Positions 1-13,349 of a stretch of DNA of 64,000 bases are shown here, piece after piece. The notes beneath the pieces are model-generated. The model was given only the letters and a program-made list of their open reading frames with translations. It was not told the DNA's origin and searched no databases. The DNA is from Octopus sinensis (lineage: Eukaryota). The position numbers and the translations under genes were made by a program. How positions within the stretch are numbered: the first letter of the stretch is position 1; every line of letters begins with the position of its first letter. The stretch lies in assembly GCF_006345805.1 (NCBI RefSeq), contig NC_043007.1:15748001-15812000 (forward strand), in the 5' to 3' direction.

Positions 1-379
1 TGCGGCCATGCTGAATCACCACCTTTAGCCGAGAGCAAATCGACCCCAGGATTTATTCTTTGTAAGCGTAGTACTTATTCTATCGGTCTCTTTTGCCGAA
101 CCGCTAAGTTACGGGAACGTAAACACACCACCATCGGTTATCAAGCGATGTTGGGGAGACAAACACAGACACTCAAGCATATACACAAACACACATATTT
201 ATATATGCATATATACGACGGGCTTCTTTCAGTTTCCGTCCTCCATATCCAATCACAAAGCTTTGGTCTGCCCGAGGCTATAGTAGTAGACAGTTGTCCA
301 AGGTGCCACGCAGTGGGAATGAACCCAGAACCATGTGGTTGGTAAACAAGCTACTTATCACACAGCCAATCCTGCGCCT
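1..379 (-). mobile_element. SINE family B (tRNA-like head, internal microsatellite), 3' end runs off window
   Basis: Reverse complement matches the family-B copies at 9384-9843 and 34300-34807 (AGGCGCAGGA..GTGGTAAGTAGCTTG head; GACGGAAACTGAAAGAAGCCCGTCGTA core; CCAGCATGGCCGCA tail). Confidence 0.9.
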
Positions 380-631
380 AGAGTAGAAAATAATATTAGT
401 TTCAAATTTAAGAAGAGGGAAAGACATAGAGCTGCCAGAATCGCTAGAACGCTGAGCAAAATTCGTAAATATTTCGTGCGTGTTCATATTTTATGTACAA
501 ATTCCATACTTTAGGGGTTGATAATACAAGTGCGAATTGCGCAACAGGGTCGAGATAATGGACTTACCCCTTACTCCGAAACTTTAGGCCTTGTGCCAAA
601 ATTTGAAATTAATATTATTCACGTTTTATCA

Positions 632-775
632 GGCGACGAGTTAGCAGAATCGTTAGTACACCGGGGAAAATGCTTAGCGGCATTTCTCCCGTCTTTACGT
701 TAGGAGTGCAAATTCCGCCGAGGTCGAGATTACCTTTCTTCCCTCTCGGGGTCTATGAAATCGACTTAACACCTT
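632..775 (+). mobile_element. SINE family A, old degenerate copy
   Basis: GGCGACGAGTTAGCAGAATCGTTAG..CAAATTCCGCCGAGGTCGA resembles the family-A head. Confidence 0.7.
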
Positions 776-2403
776 CCCCGAAATTGCTGGACTAGTGTCA
801 CGGTTTTTTGTTATCTAAAAGTCAGTTCCAAGATGATAACAATAAACACCTTCTATTGGCCATAGATAATGAAATACGCATGCGTTGAAAAGTATGTAAA
901 AGCAAAATGAAAAACAATAATGCATAATATACATTACAGAGAATGCATATATATATATATATATATGTGTATGTATTCGTTTGTTGCTATTTTGGGTGAA
1001 CATCTTGGCCAACAACCAAGAAGCCTGAAGGCTCAATAGAAAAAGGTCTCGACCTCAGGTTTATGCCATTTATTCCATACATATATATGTATGTGCGCGT
1101 GTATGTATGCGTGCGCGCAAGTATGTATATGTATGTATATATAAATATATATTATATGTGTATGTATGTGTGCGTATATATATGTGTGCGTATATATATG
1201 TGTGTGTGTGTGTATGTGTGTATATGGATATGTATGTATGTATGCATGTATGTATGTGTGAATGTTTGTATACGTATATACGTGTGCACAGCGATATGTG
1301 AGTTTAAGCAAACTTTGTTCGCAGATACATTAATATGCTTGAGACGTATTTACTTTCGCCGCAAGTAAATAATATATAGTATATCATGTCATAATTTAAT
1401 AGGGTTGATTCTTTGTGGAAGCTGGTCACATTATTGACATTTATCATCCAAATTTTAAAATCTATAGCTGTTTTCTCCATCTTGATTTATAGACGATAGC
1501 TTACAAAATTCTACTCTTCTTTTGTATCTTTTTTCAATCCAATTTTTTTACTATAAAAGTAGTATTTTTAGTTTGTAATATTACTTTAACCCATTTCAGC
1601 CATGCAGGTAGCTTCTCTCTGTGGTCTTTCGGATTGATGGAAATAGCTGCCAATTATCTGCTAAGTCATGTTACTGCCACTTTAAAAAGAAAAAGAAAGA
1701 ACGTGTTTAAAAAATATAATTTTAGATATATGAGTGTTCACAATTTAAATCCGTTTGAATTACTGATTATCTTGATCAAGTCGGTGCCCCAGCATGGCCG
1801 CAGTCATCTGAAAAAGTGAAAAAAAAACCAGAAAGATAAAAGACATCGAGTTACGGACGATCCTTCGTGGGCCTAATGTTGTTCGCCGATACGAACAGCA
1901 GCAAAGTATTTACCTTTGGAATAGGGACCTTGCTCCTACTGGGGTAGTGCGGTAAGAGACTTCATTAGGGTTCTAGAATCGTTTTGGGGAACATTCCGGT
2001 CGTCATGCTAGAGCATGATTTAGTCTGGAATAACGTCTTATAATTAGGAAGTAGAACGGACCTTGAGTTACAATTTTGATATTCATAATCAGCAACACCG
2101 CTATAACTAAAGGTATAAATATATATCCATGCAGTTAGACGAGTGTAATAAATCAATTTTTACGTTAACGGATTCTGTTCTAACCCACATTTTCTACTTT
2201 AAAAACACACTCTTTTTATAAGAACGGCCAGAATAGGTATAATTCGCGATACAACTCCATACAACGTACACTTTTGAAAATCCAATTTGAGACCTGTCAA
2301 GTGTATTCTTATATTTTAAAATATAATTAAATTCTAATATATTCCCTGTGCATTTTGTACTTCATTTTTTCTGTTCCTATATTTGTTTAGATTAATAACA
2401 ATG

Positions 2404-2672
<269 letters not shown>

Positions 2673-2680
2673 CCAAATTA

Positions 2681-2911
2681 AGGGGGCGAACTGCCAGAAA
2701 CGTTAGCACGCCGGGCGAAATGCTTAGTGGTATTTCGTATGCCGTTACGTTCTGAGTTCAAATTCCGCCGAGGTCGACTTTGCCTTTCACCCTTTCGGGG
2801 TCGATTAAATAAGTACCAGTTATGCACTGGAGTCGATATAATCGACTTAATCCGGTTGTCTGTCCTTGTTTGTCCTCTGTGTTTAGCCCCTTGTGGGTAG
2901 TAAAGAAATAG
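2681..2911 (+). mobile_element. SINE family A, full length, with TSD
   Basis: Head AAGGGGGCGAACTGCCAGAAACGTTAGCA, B-box-like GAGTTCAAATTCC, central GCCTTTCACCCTTTCGGGGTCGATTAAATAAGTACCAG, end GTAGTAAAGAAATAGG; TAGATAATCCAAAT repeated on both flanks. Confidence 0.95.
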
Positions 2912-3049
2912 GTAGATAATCCAAATAATTTAGATCTCAGTGGTTTAAATATGTTGTACTTGCAACATTGCACATGTGAAACTCTACAATATTTCCATTT
3001 AGTATGCCGAGTGTTCTCCTTGAGTTATTTTCCCTCAGCAATATGATTT

Positions 3050-3256
3050 CAAATTTTGACACAAGGCCAGCAAGGTCGGCGGAGCGGGTAAGTCGATTAC
3101 ATCAGCCCCCACTGATTCACTGGTACTCTTTTTATCGATCCCGAAATCATGAAATGCAAAGTCAACCTCGGCGGAATTTGAACTCAGAACGTGGAGACAG
3201 ACGAAATGTCACTAAGCATTTTGCCCGGCGTAGTAACGATTCTGCCAGCTCGCCGC
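3050..3256 (-). mobile_element. SINE family A variant (alternative 3' end ..GCTGGCCTTGTGTCAAAATTT)
   Basis: Reverse complement of the family-A head and central block, with a different tail also seen near 7430 and 58945. Confidence 0.8.
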
Positions 3257-4670
3257 GTGACTCAGCAATACTAAAATAAATATGTACCAGTTGAGTACTG
3301 TTTATCGATAATTAGCCTTTAATCAAACTTGAGATTGTCCCAATGGGCCATTTTATGAGCGCGGACGTCCATTGGGTTAATTATTCATACAACGTATATA
3401 ATGAAAATCATCGACTACGCTTATAAAGCATAAATTAGTCTGGTTGATCCACACTTAGAAATGGGGTGGGAGGGCGGTGAATAAGAGCAGCATAAGAGAA
3501 TCTTGCAGTATTCGCTTTAGATCTTTAATTATGAGTTCAAATCTCGCCAAGATTCACTTTGACTTCTATCATTCAGGAGACGATAAAATCAAATGCCAGT
3601 CACCTATTGGGGTCAATTTCACTAACCAACATCTCATCAAAACTCTTGGCGTGTGCCTCAGTTAGTAAAAACTAAGCAATAGTAGCAAAATGAGAAGGGC
3701 AGAAGAGTAACTAACAAAGTGTATTGTGGCAGTGAGGTACTAAAATTCACGTTCTGATTTCAGACCCCGTCTTTGATCCTTTCAGAGTGGATATAATAAG
3801 TTAAGAACTATTTTACCGGTTATACCACCACACACACACACGCCAATATCTGTGACCTAGTATTGTTTGATGATGCAGACAATAATCAAATATTCCAACC
3901 GTGACCTGTCTTAAAAAGACGGATACATTTTATATATATTCTACGATTGCGTTATCTTACGTGTCCATATCTTTTCTAAAATTGCACGCAGTGATATGCA
4001 AAAAAAATTAGCTCTCATTTGTAACAGGTCAATGAAACATGTATAGGTTTCGTTATTGGCATATGCATACCTGCGTATTTTTATAGCGGCAACTGAACAA
4101 GAACAAAGTATCGGAACTTGAAACCGATATTGGTTGTCGTTAGGAGACGATATTTAAATGAAAAGTCAGAAAATACAGCTTTCGTAGATATCGTTTCCAT
4201 ATGAAATTCTAATAACTGTATCATTGTATCAGTGTTTCTGGTGGCAAAGATTGATCACTATTATGTGTGTTATTAGACCGCTTTCTTCAAGTTACCATAT
4301 TGTATTTCATTTTGTTATTCCTCTGCCTCTCCCCCTCCTACTTTCTTTCCATCTATCTGGTTATCTATATTTCTGTCTACAGATCACAGGGAATCGGTAT
4401 CTACCGCCGCTAATTGATCACTTTGTTATCGATGTGTAACCTTCTACATAGTACATTATATCTCCAACATCTGTCTCTCTCTTTCCTCTTCTTTTGCTCT
4501 AATATGCACCAAACTTTGAGCTCTAACAACAGTTCGACTCGCTATCGCATCACCACCAACTCCATCTTGTCATAATATTCATTTCTCTCCTCTTTTCTTC
4601 ATCGTTCGATCATGAGCTGTATACGTGGCTTATCTGCAAATATTCACATTCCTTCTGCTCTCTTACTACC

Positions 4671-4707
<37 letters not shown>

Positions 4708-5278
4708 TCGACAGTGATTCCTTAGATCTTGCATTCCATCAAGATATTCCACTGAATATTTCACTATAACAACATGTATCTTGGTCTTCACTTCGACGAT
4801 CTTTATCGGCGCAAAATGCGTTAATTTTCCTTATTTGCCTTCATTCTTTTGCATATCGCTCCTCTGTAATTTATTCAACGTTTCAATTAAATTATGTTCA
4901 ATTTTTCTCTCCATTCACCATTCCAACGACGTGTGCGTTTAACTCCACTTGTTACTACATTTTTCCTTTTCATTCATATTTTTGCTTTTCTCTTTATCAT
5001 GATTATTTCAGTTCCTGTTCTGCTTGATTCCATTTGCTACCGTTGCCTGTAATTACATTTGACAAAATTAGTTTTCTCGTGTAATCTTCTACGAAAAATT
5101 ATATTTTTATGGATCTTATTAAGGATAGCGACTAACGTGTCTTATCTTATTTAAATGTACCTTATTTTACATAAGGTTCTTCATAATGACGAAAACGTCT
5201 TTACCGTGTCATTTTATGTGCTAGAAATAGATGCCAAAACACATGCTAGAAATAGATGCCAAAACACAATAACACATT

Positions 5279-5495
5279 AAGGCGGCGAGCTGGCAGAAAC
5301 GTTAGCACGCCGGGAGAAATGCTTAGCAGTATTTCGTCTGCCGCTACGTTCTGAGTTCAAATTCCAAGGTCGACTTTGCCTTTCATTCTTTCGGGATCGA
5401 TAAATTAAGTACCAGTTACGCACTGGGTTCGATGTAATCGACTTAATCCCTTTGTCCCCTCTACGTTTAACCCTTTGTGGGTAATAAAGAAATAA
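5279..5495 (+). mobile_element. SINE family A with TSD
   Basis: Canonical head and body; GAAATAGATGCCAAAAC occurs on both sides and is itself tandemly duplicated at 5218-5266. Confidence 0.92.
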
Positions 5496-5910
5496 GAAAT
5501 AGATGCCAAAACTTACCTTACCGTTTATAAATGGAAAGTTATGTTAGACAATGAAGTCTGGATTAGAGCGAAATAAAAGATTGTTTTAACCGGAAAGTCG
5601 TTAATCACATCTGTGATATTAGAGTTGACCAGTGGCTAACAATCAATAACAAACAGCAAGAATATGCTAGTTTTTTTTTTTAGTCTATTTTAAAATCTAT
5701 CACTCATATAAGCAAAGAAGCCTCAATGAGTTCTCTCGATCTGTTAGAAATAGCAACTAAATATGTTAGATCATATCATACCCATTCGTATTTTGAAAAA
5801 GATGGACATATTAGGTAATATAGGCCTGGATAAACTATGTATATGTATATATACATACATTTATATATAATGTATGTGTGTATGTCTGTGTGTGATTGTA
5901 TAGTGCCTCT

Positions 5911-5962
<52 letters not shown>

Positions 5963-5997
5963 TGTGTGTGTGTGTGTGTGAGTGCGTGTGTGTGTGT

Positions 5998-6241
5998 TGG
6001 AAGAGTCCAGTTTGCTGGACATTGTTGTAGAGCTGAAAACAAGGTAATTTATACTCTTCTCCTCTGGAAGCCATCTGCTCGCGATACCATAGGGCGCACA
6101 CTCTCCTACTCTGATGTAATCTCCAGGGATACAGGCATCCAGCAACAGGACCTCCGGAATGCTATGATGGACCGTGAAGTCTGGCGTAACATATTAAATG
6201 CCATTGCCTCGACCACGGTCGAACAATGATGATGATGATGT
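5998..6241 (+). mobile_element. RTE-clade LINE, 5'-truncated 3' end with (TGA)n tail
   Basis: Translates GRVQFAGHCCRAENKVIYTLLLWKPS..GRTLSYSDVISRDTGIQQQDLRNAMMDREVWRN..*, matching the RTE RT C-terminus (FAGHxxR..W.P..GR..AxDRxxWR), followed by TGATGATGATG. Confidence 0.85.
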
Positions 6242-6720
6242 GTTGGTTTTACGTGTGTGTGCGTGTGAGTGTGTGCAATTAAGATTGATAGAGAGAAGAA
6301 AGCATTTAGAGCGTCTGAGGTTAGAGCATAGTCCAAACAAAATGGCATTTAAAAAGTGAAAGCCTAAAACAGGATGTTCAAGATCTATGTAGCATAAACC
6401 TTACTTAAATACGAGAATGACAGAACATGACAGCTCAATAAACGAAGGTTAAGGTTTTTAGCCTATTTGAGTTTTTGTGGTTTTCGTTGCGGTTAGAACC
6501 GTACTTGATCTGTCAGCTGGAATAAAAAACAGAAAGAAATTGATTAAAATTTACTTGAAATTTACCGGAAAAAGGAGTGAGATGTGTGGGAATGAATGTG
6601 ATATATCGTACCTCGTATCTGTTTCATTGTTTAAAATGCAGCCATGCTCCAGCAACGCCTTGAGGGTTTTAGTCAGACAAATCCACCTCAGTGCTTATTT
6701 TACACACCCGCGCATTTATA

Positions 6721-6983
6721 CGGGTGGGTGCAAAAAGTACGTATACAGTTATGAAAAAAAGAAAACACGTACAACGCTCATTAATTTTTATCAAAAAAAA
6801 TTAAAAGTTAGCTTCATATTTGATATTTTCAATGTCACCAATCATAATAATACATTTATCATAACTATAATTATACTTTTATCGTAGCTTTTATTTTATA
6901 TTTATTTTTGATAAAAATAAATGAGTATTGTAGGAATTTTCTTTTTCATAACTGTATACTTACTTTTGCACACACACACACCG
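6721..6983. mobile_element. Tc1/mariner-type MITE (foldback) with TA flanks
   Basis: TA|CGGGTGGGTGCAAAAAGTACGTATACAGTTATGAAAAAA versus TTTTTCATAACTGTATACTTACTTTTGCAC(AC)nCCG|TA; inner arms are also complementary, and the right TIR carries a (CA) expansion. Confidence 0.75.
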
Positions 6984-8420
6984 TATACGCACGACGGACT
7001 TTTCCGTCTATCAAATATACTCACAAGGCATTGGTCGCCCTAAAGGCGAGTTTTTTTTTCCCACGAGAGTTCCGTGTTGTTTAAACGGTGCCCTATTCAT
7101 TCTACTTGTATCGTTGAACATAACAACACTTTGCTGAGAAAGTCTAAAAATACATAAATGTCACCCATACTTGAATAGAATATGCTTTATTGATAATGTA
7201 CAATTGTTTCTGATTTCAGCACAAGGCCCGCATTGCCCTCAATACTTGATCGGTACTTTATTTTATCAACCCCGGCGGTATGGAAAACAAAATGGAAGTC
7301 GTCGAGATTTACACTGAGAAAACGTAATGAGCCTGAGGAAATATTCTAAAACATTTCCTCCTGGGCAACAACGACTCTTTCAACATGCCCGCCATTAAAA
7401 GTTATAGTTGTTTTGTTGTTTTTTTTTTTTCATTTAGGCACAAGGCCAACAGTTTTGATGGGAAGAAAGAAGTCGATTACATCGACCGTAGCAATTGACT
7501 AATGCTGTATTTCATCGACCCCGTAGAGATGAAAGGCAAATTCCACCTCGGCGGTATTTGAAATCAGATCACAAAGAGCCAAAAAAATGCTTTTTTTTTT
7601 TCGATAATCTAGTGCTATCTGGGGATATATTGAAAGCAAGCTATGTCAATAGCTTACAAATTCTGATTCGCTAATTTTATTCGTCTTAACTTCTTTGCTT
7701 GTTATTTCGGTTTTAAATTTCTCTAATGTGAATTTTTGCCTTAATTGCACTGATAGTCTTAAATACTTGAAGTTTTCAACTCATTTTATTACGATTATCA
7801 GCTTTATAGATATTTATTCTATAACGGAGGATAAACTAACTTTAGTACAATATACTACTTGTATTAGAAAATAATGCTTCTGTAGAGTCTTGCTTACAAT
7901 TTATGGATTAGAATCATTAATCCATGGTTCTTCTGCAATTTTACTTCAAGATAAGAATTTGTGTTTCTATAGGTGATTTGATTCTTTTAAAGTAATCTGT
8001 ATAAGCTTATAGCATTTCATTAATTCGTCCTGTCATGCAAAATCGTCAAAGATATTTTTTCATGCACAGGGACACATAATTGCTTGAAATCTGAAGGGAC
8101 CTGGTACATTTTAATCTACCACACCTACACAGTTGTTGACAGAATTTGACTTAGTTTTAATACCTTCAATTATATTTTGTTAATGTAGGTATTAAGCTGC
8201 TGTATAAACACTAAGCTTTTTAGACAGGATATAGTTCACTGGAATACGATATACCAACGTCGATAGCTACAGTTAAGTGTGTCAACTCGGGAGTCTTTAA
8301 TTGGAGACTGATCTGCTAGAAATAGCAGGCAAATTAGCAAATTAGATCCTGGCATCTTTGAAAACAAACAATTCTCTGGATAACGTAGTCATGTAATAGG
8401 TAGAGAAATTGCTTTTTTGG

Positions 8421-8848
8421 TAGAATGATGTGTGGTAAGTAGCTTGCTTATCAACCACATGGTTTCGGGTTCAGTCCCACTGCGTGGCACCTTCGGCAAG
8501 TATCTTCTACTATAGCCTCGGGCCGACCAAAGCCTTGTGAGTGTATTTGGTATACGGAAACTGAAAGAAGCCCGTCGTATATATGTATATATATGTGTGT
8601 GTGTGCGCGTGTGTGTGTGTGTGTGTGTGTGTTTGTGTGTCTGTGTTTGTTCCCCTAAACATCGCTTGACAACCGATGGTGGTGTGTTTACGTCCCCGAA
8701 ACTTAGCGGTTCGGCAAAAAGAGACCCAATAGAATAAGTACTACGCTTACAAAGAATAAGTCCTGGGGTCGATTTGCTCGACTAAAGACGGTGATCCAGC
8801 ATGGCCACAGTCAAATGACTGAAACAAAGTAAAAGAGTAAAAGAGTAT
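8421..8848 (+). mobile_element. SINE family B
   Basis: Family-B head, core, internal (TA)/(TG) tract and GAAACAAAGTAAAAGAGTAAAAGAGTA tail. Confidence 0.92.
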
Positions 8849-9383
8849 ATGTTCCGATCTCTCCGCTCCGAGTTCAAAACCCACAAACTACAACTTTGCC
8901 TCTTATCCGTTCGGGATCAATAAATAGAACTAATCTAGGGCGGTGGATTAGCAGAATAATCAGAACGTTTGATAGGATACTATTCTGTTATTTGTTCTGA
9001 CTCATTTACATTCTGAGTTCAAATCTTGCAATGTCTTACACGGGTGGTAGGCTTAATAGGTCGTCATTTTAGCACCACCCACTGGTACTGTGGGAACCTC
9101 CAGTGCAGGATCTACTTTGTTGCATATATTCGAGGCCAGTCCTCCAGTTTGAGGATACAGCTCTCCTGCAAGTCTGTAACTATCCATGGCACTGTCTAAA
9201 GACGAATTTACCTCAACTAAAAGGCCTTCGATCACAGATCATAGATCTGCTTTATTTCTGGTGATTTACGCTAAACGAAACACTATTGTTTCAAAAAGAG
9301 AATCGCTACGTGGTCGCTCCAGCTGTTACAGATAGCAACAGGATTTACCTCAAATTATATCCTGTCATTTAAAAAATAATTAT

Positions 9384-9562
9384 AGGCGCAGGAGTGGCTG
9401 TGTGGTAAGTAGCTTGCTAACCAACCACATGGTTCCGGGTTCAGTCCCACTGCGTGGCATCTTGGGCAAGTGTCTTCTGCTATAGCCCTGGGCCGACCAA
9501 TGCCTTGTGAGTGGATTTGGTAGACGGAAACTGAAAGAAGCCTGTCGTATATATGTATATAC

Positions 9563-9635
<73 letters not shown>

Positions 9636-9843
9636 TGTGTCTGTGTTTGTCCCCCTTGACAACCGATGCTGGTGTGTTTACGTCCCTGTCACTTAGCGGT
9701 TCGGCAAAAGACACCGATAGAATAAGTACTGGGCTTACAAAGAAAAAGTCCCGGGGTCGATTTGCTCGACTAAAGGCGGTGCCCCAGCATGGCCGCAGTC
9801 AAATGACTGAAACAAGTAAAAAAAGTAAAAGAGTAAAAGAGAA
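9384..9843 (+). mobile_element. SINE family B, full length
   Basis: AGGCGCAGGAGTGGCTGTGTGGTAAGTAGCTTGC..GGTTCAGTCCCA head (A/B-box-like), internal (TA)n(TG)n, tail of AAAAGAGT repeats. Confidence 0.95.
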
Positions 9844-9924
9844 AGAGAGAGAGTGTCAATATGAGTTAGTCATCCTTGCTCAGTCTTACCGTCAGGATTT
9901 TATTCATGGTTACCCGTTTTTACT

Positions 9925-10263
9925 AAGGGGGTGAGCTGGCAGAAACGTTAGCACGCCAGGTGAAATGCTTAGAGGTATTTCGTCTGCCGCTACGTTCTGA
10001 GTTCAAAATCCGCCGAGGTCGACTTTGCCTTTCATCCTTTCGGGGTCGATTAAATAAGTACCAGTTACGCACTGGGGTCGATATAATCGACTTAATCCGT
10101 TTGTCTGTCCTTGTTTGTCCTCTCTATGTTTATCCCCTTGTGGGTAGTAAAGAAATAGAAATAGGTATTTCGTCTGCCACTACGTCCCGAGTTCAAATTC
10201 CACCGAGGTAAATTTGAGGTAAATCCTGTTGCTATCTGTAACGGTGGGTAGTAAAGGAATAGG
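9925..10263 (+). mobile_element. SINE family A with partial tandem reiteration and templated insert
   Basis: A full copy is followed by a restart at GGTATTTCGTCTGCC; flanks TTACCCGTTTTTACTAA / TTACCTGTTTTTAGTAA look like a diverged TSD. Confidence 0.9.
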
Positions 10264-10583
10264 TTACCTGTTTTTAGTAAAAGGTATGCCTCCTCGGTGT
10301 TCTAACTTTGATGAGAAATAGCAATTTTATTGAGAACGAAAATTTCCAGACCGAACCAAAATCGATTTCTATTGTAAATTCTATCTCATTGGTTTCATTA
10401 ATTGCGTTATCAGGCTTGTATTATTAACAAAATATATTTATTCGGTTTAGTCACATATTTGTACCGTTCAAATTTTATTTATCGAAACCATGCAATTTCA
10501 TGTAGAACTAATAGGTATATAGAGTTGATGAAATGAATACGATACAGAACCAATCGTTTATAGTACAAAATTGTTCTTGTATA

Positions 10584-10850
10584 AAGGAGCGTGGCTTAGT
10601 GGTAAATCTGTTATAGTCAGGATTGAAAGATCTCGGACCGAACTGAGAGTTGTGTTGTGTACTTGAGGAAAATACACCAGTTGATGTTGCTCCAGTTGAG
10701 TCGGTTGTAAAAGAGTTCCAACAATAGCTGGGATGTTACCCCTGCGAGCGACGGTGTCGCATTGGAGGAGTTAGTATTGTGATCTCAGTCATTTGTACGC
10801 TATAGGAACCGGGTTAAGCGCCAGACTTATAAGTCTCGGAGCTCATTACA
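10584..10850 (+). mobile_element. SINE family D, old copy
   Basis: AAGGAGCGTGGCTTAGTGGT head and GTTGCTCCAGTTGAGTCGG block resemble the family-D copies at 18791 and 59565. Confidence 0.55.
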
Positions 10851-11558
10851 GACCCAAACTTACCGATTTTGCCCCAAGCCAACAAACAGTATCATTCATT
10901 ATTCTTGATTCTTCTTTACTCGTATTACTGAAACATCGATGGAATTACAATATTGGATACTGCCAGCACGCTATAATCATATACAGAAGAAATAATCCAT
11001 GACAAAAAGAAAAAAAAACGACATGTTAAGACTTGAAACCATGCTCTGAATGTGAAGTGAGTTTCTAAAACATCTATGAATAATTTATGACCTATCTCCA
11101 TTATATCTGTTGTGCTTTGTTACCAATTATCACACCTTAAAAGAGAAGTTGACTTATGCACACGTGTCCTTAAATTATTAGTTATATGAATAGTGAGATC
11201 TCGAGTATCCCTGGAGTGACAGTCGAGTAGCGTATGTATGTATTATACATGTATGCATGTGGTAACATGCTTACAAGTGTAGATGTATGTATATATATAT
11301 ATATATATATATATAACGGTGTGTCTAACTATACTGTTATATTTCTATGTGTACTTATACATATACACACGCATACAGCGGAACACACACACACACACAC
11401 GCACATAGATATATATATTTACACTTATATATACACATACATAGATATATAAGCGTAATTGTATATAATATATATATACACACACACAACACACATATAT
11501 ATATATACATGCACTCTCTCACACAGACACACCCGCACAAAAGCACACGTATATATAC

Positions 11559-11602
<44 letters not shown>

Positions 11603-11628
11603 ATATATATACATATATAAACGTACCG

Positions 11629-11643
11629 ATAGATAGATAGATG

Positions 11644-11679
<36 letters not shown>

Positions 11680-11687
11680 TAGATAGA

Positions 11688-11735
<48 letters not shown>
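11629..11735 (+). repeat. (GATA)n-(GACA)n compound microsatellite
   Basis: Read directly. Confidence 0.95.
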
Positions 11736-11953
11736 TTCTTGATGTGCCATTCGAAGTACAGATCTTCACTAATAGCAATCTTACTATAATTACATTCATA
11801 GCAAAATACATTATTCGACATATTTGCATCGAGTGTTACGTATTCGGGATATATTATCACGCACGCTATATATATATTTATAAATATATTAATGCATTAC
11901 GTGTGTGTGTGTGAGAGAGCACGAGTGTATCGTAGTATCGTATAACAATTTAA

Positions 11954-11979
<26 letters not shown>

Positions 11980-11985
<6 letters not shown>

Positions 11986-12320
11986 ATGCATGTATATCAT
12001 ATATATACATTTATATATATACATTTATGTATATATGGATGTACGTATGTGTGTATATTATATATATATATATAAATAAATATATAAAATATAATGCATG
12101 TATATTATGTAAATCATAATATATATATATATATATATAATATTATATATATAATATATATATATATATTTATGTATATATATGTACGTATGTGTATATT
12201 ATATATATATATAATATAATGCATGTATATTATATAAATATAACCATATATATATATACATTTATGTATAAATGTATGTACGTATGTATATATATATATG
12301 TATTGCATGTATGTGTGTAT
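11980..12320 (+). repeat. TA-rich minisatellite, about 3 units of about 110 bp
   Basis: Anchors ATAATGCATGTATAT and TTTATGTATA..TGTACGTATGT recur near 11983, 12091 and 12212. Confidence 0.6.
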
Positions 12321-12342
12321 ATATATATGTGTGTGTGTGTGT

Positions 12343-13229
12343 GTTACTGTTGTTTTAGCCCCAAGAAAACATCTTTTCCAGTTAGCTATTGACACACAGT
12401 AGAACATTTGCAAGGGAGTTCATCGCTCCCATCTCTGGCTTAGCGTGATACTCACAGACCTAGGTTCCTAATGGTTATCCGTCCTTATGGTAGTGTGAGA
12501 CTACCATAAGCTAGTGACGAAAGCTCTCTCCACTTCGGATTACTATATATTTCTTAAGCGTGACACATTCACTGATCTCGTATATAGAAAAACAACTTGT
12601 TTTAAATCTCTGAGCGACATATATCCAGTAATAGTACCGGATAGTAATGTTTATATGCTAACAGAATATGGAAGTCCTATAAAGGACGATGTTACTGCTG
12701 TTTTAGCCCCAGGAAAGCATATTTTCCAGTTGGCTATCGACACAGTTTGTACCCGTATAGGATTTACAAGGGAAGTCATCGCTCCAATCTCTAGCCTTAC
12801 GGAATACTCACAGACCTACTATCCGGTACTGTTACTGTAAATCTCCCGCCCAGTGATTTAAAACAAGTAGTTTTTCTCTATACTAGATCAGCAACGATGT
12901 GTCGCTTAAAAAGTATATAGTATTCAGAAGTGGAGAGAGCTTTCACCACTAGCTTGAGGTTGTCTCACGCTGAGGACAGATAACATCCAGAAACCGAGTT
13001 CTGAGGTAATCATGTAAGGCTAGAGATGAGAGCTATGACCTCCCTTGCAAATGCTATACGAAAACAAACTGTGTCGATAGCCAACTGGAAAAGATGTGTT
13101 CCTGGGGCTAAAATAACAGTATGATCGTTCTTTATAGGACAGACACATTCTGTTGGCATATAAATATAACTATCCAGTAATGTATACCTCAAGCTCAGGG
13201 ATTTAAAACAAGTTATTTTTCTCTATACA
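12343..13229. mobile_element. Hammerhead-bearing 348-bp unit in tandem (about 1.4 units) + inverted (about 1.2 units) arrangement; Penelope pLTR/retrozyme-like
   Basis: GTTACTG(T/C)TGTTTTAGCCCC recurs at 12343 and 12691; 12819-13229 is the reverse complement of the same unit; both outer ends run into (TG)/(TA) microsatellite. Confidence 0.75.
12963..13006 (+). ncRNA. Type I hammerhead ribozyme motif (partly decayed)
   Basis: TCTCACG-CTGAGGA-CAGATAACATCCA-GAAA-CCGAGT-TC-TGAGG. The sister copy (minus strand, 12451-12500) supplies palindromic helix III ACCTAGGT-C and perfect helix I CTCACA/TGTGAG. Confidence 0.65.
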
Positions 13230-13349
13230 TATATATGTATAATATATATATATATATATATATAATACATAATTATATATATATACATATTACATATATA
13301 TCATAATCATAAATATATGTGTGTGTGTGTGTATGTCTATGTGTGTATA

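Noticed and set aside
1020-1060. CTGAAGG..GAAAAAGGTCTCGACCTC hammerhead-like stretch
   Set aside because: Wrong core spacing and no helix I; better explained as a simple hairpin.
9053-9235. 60-aa ORF MIEGLLVEVNSSLDS..
   Set aside because: Short, no motif or splice support; probably an old repeat remnant.
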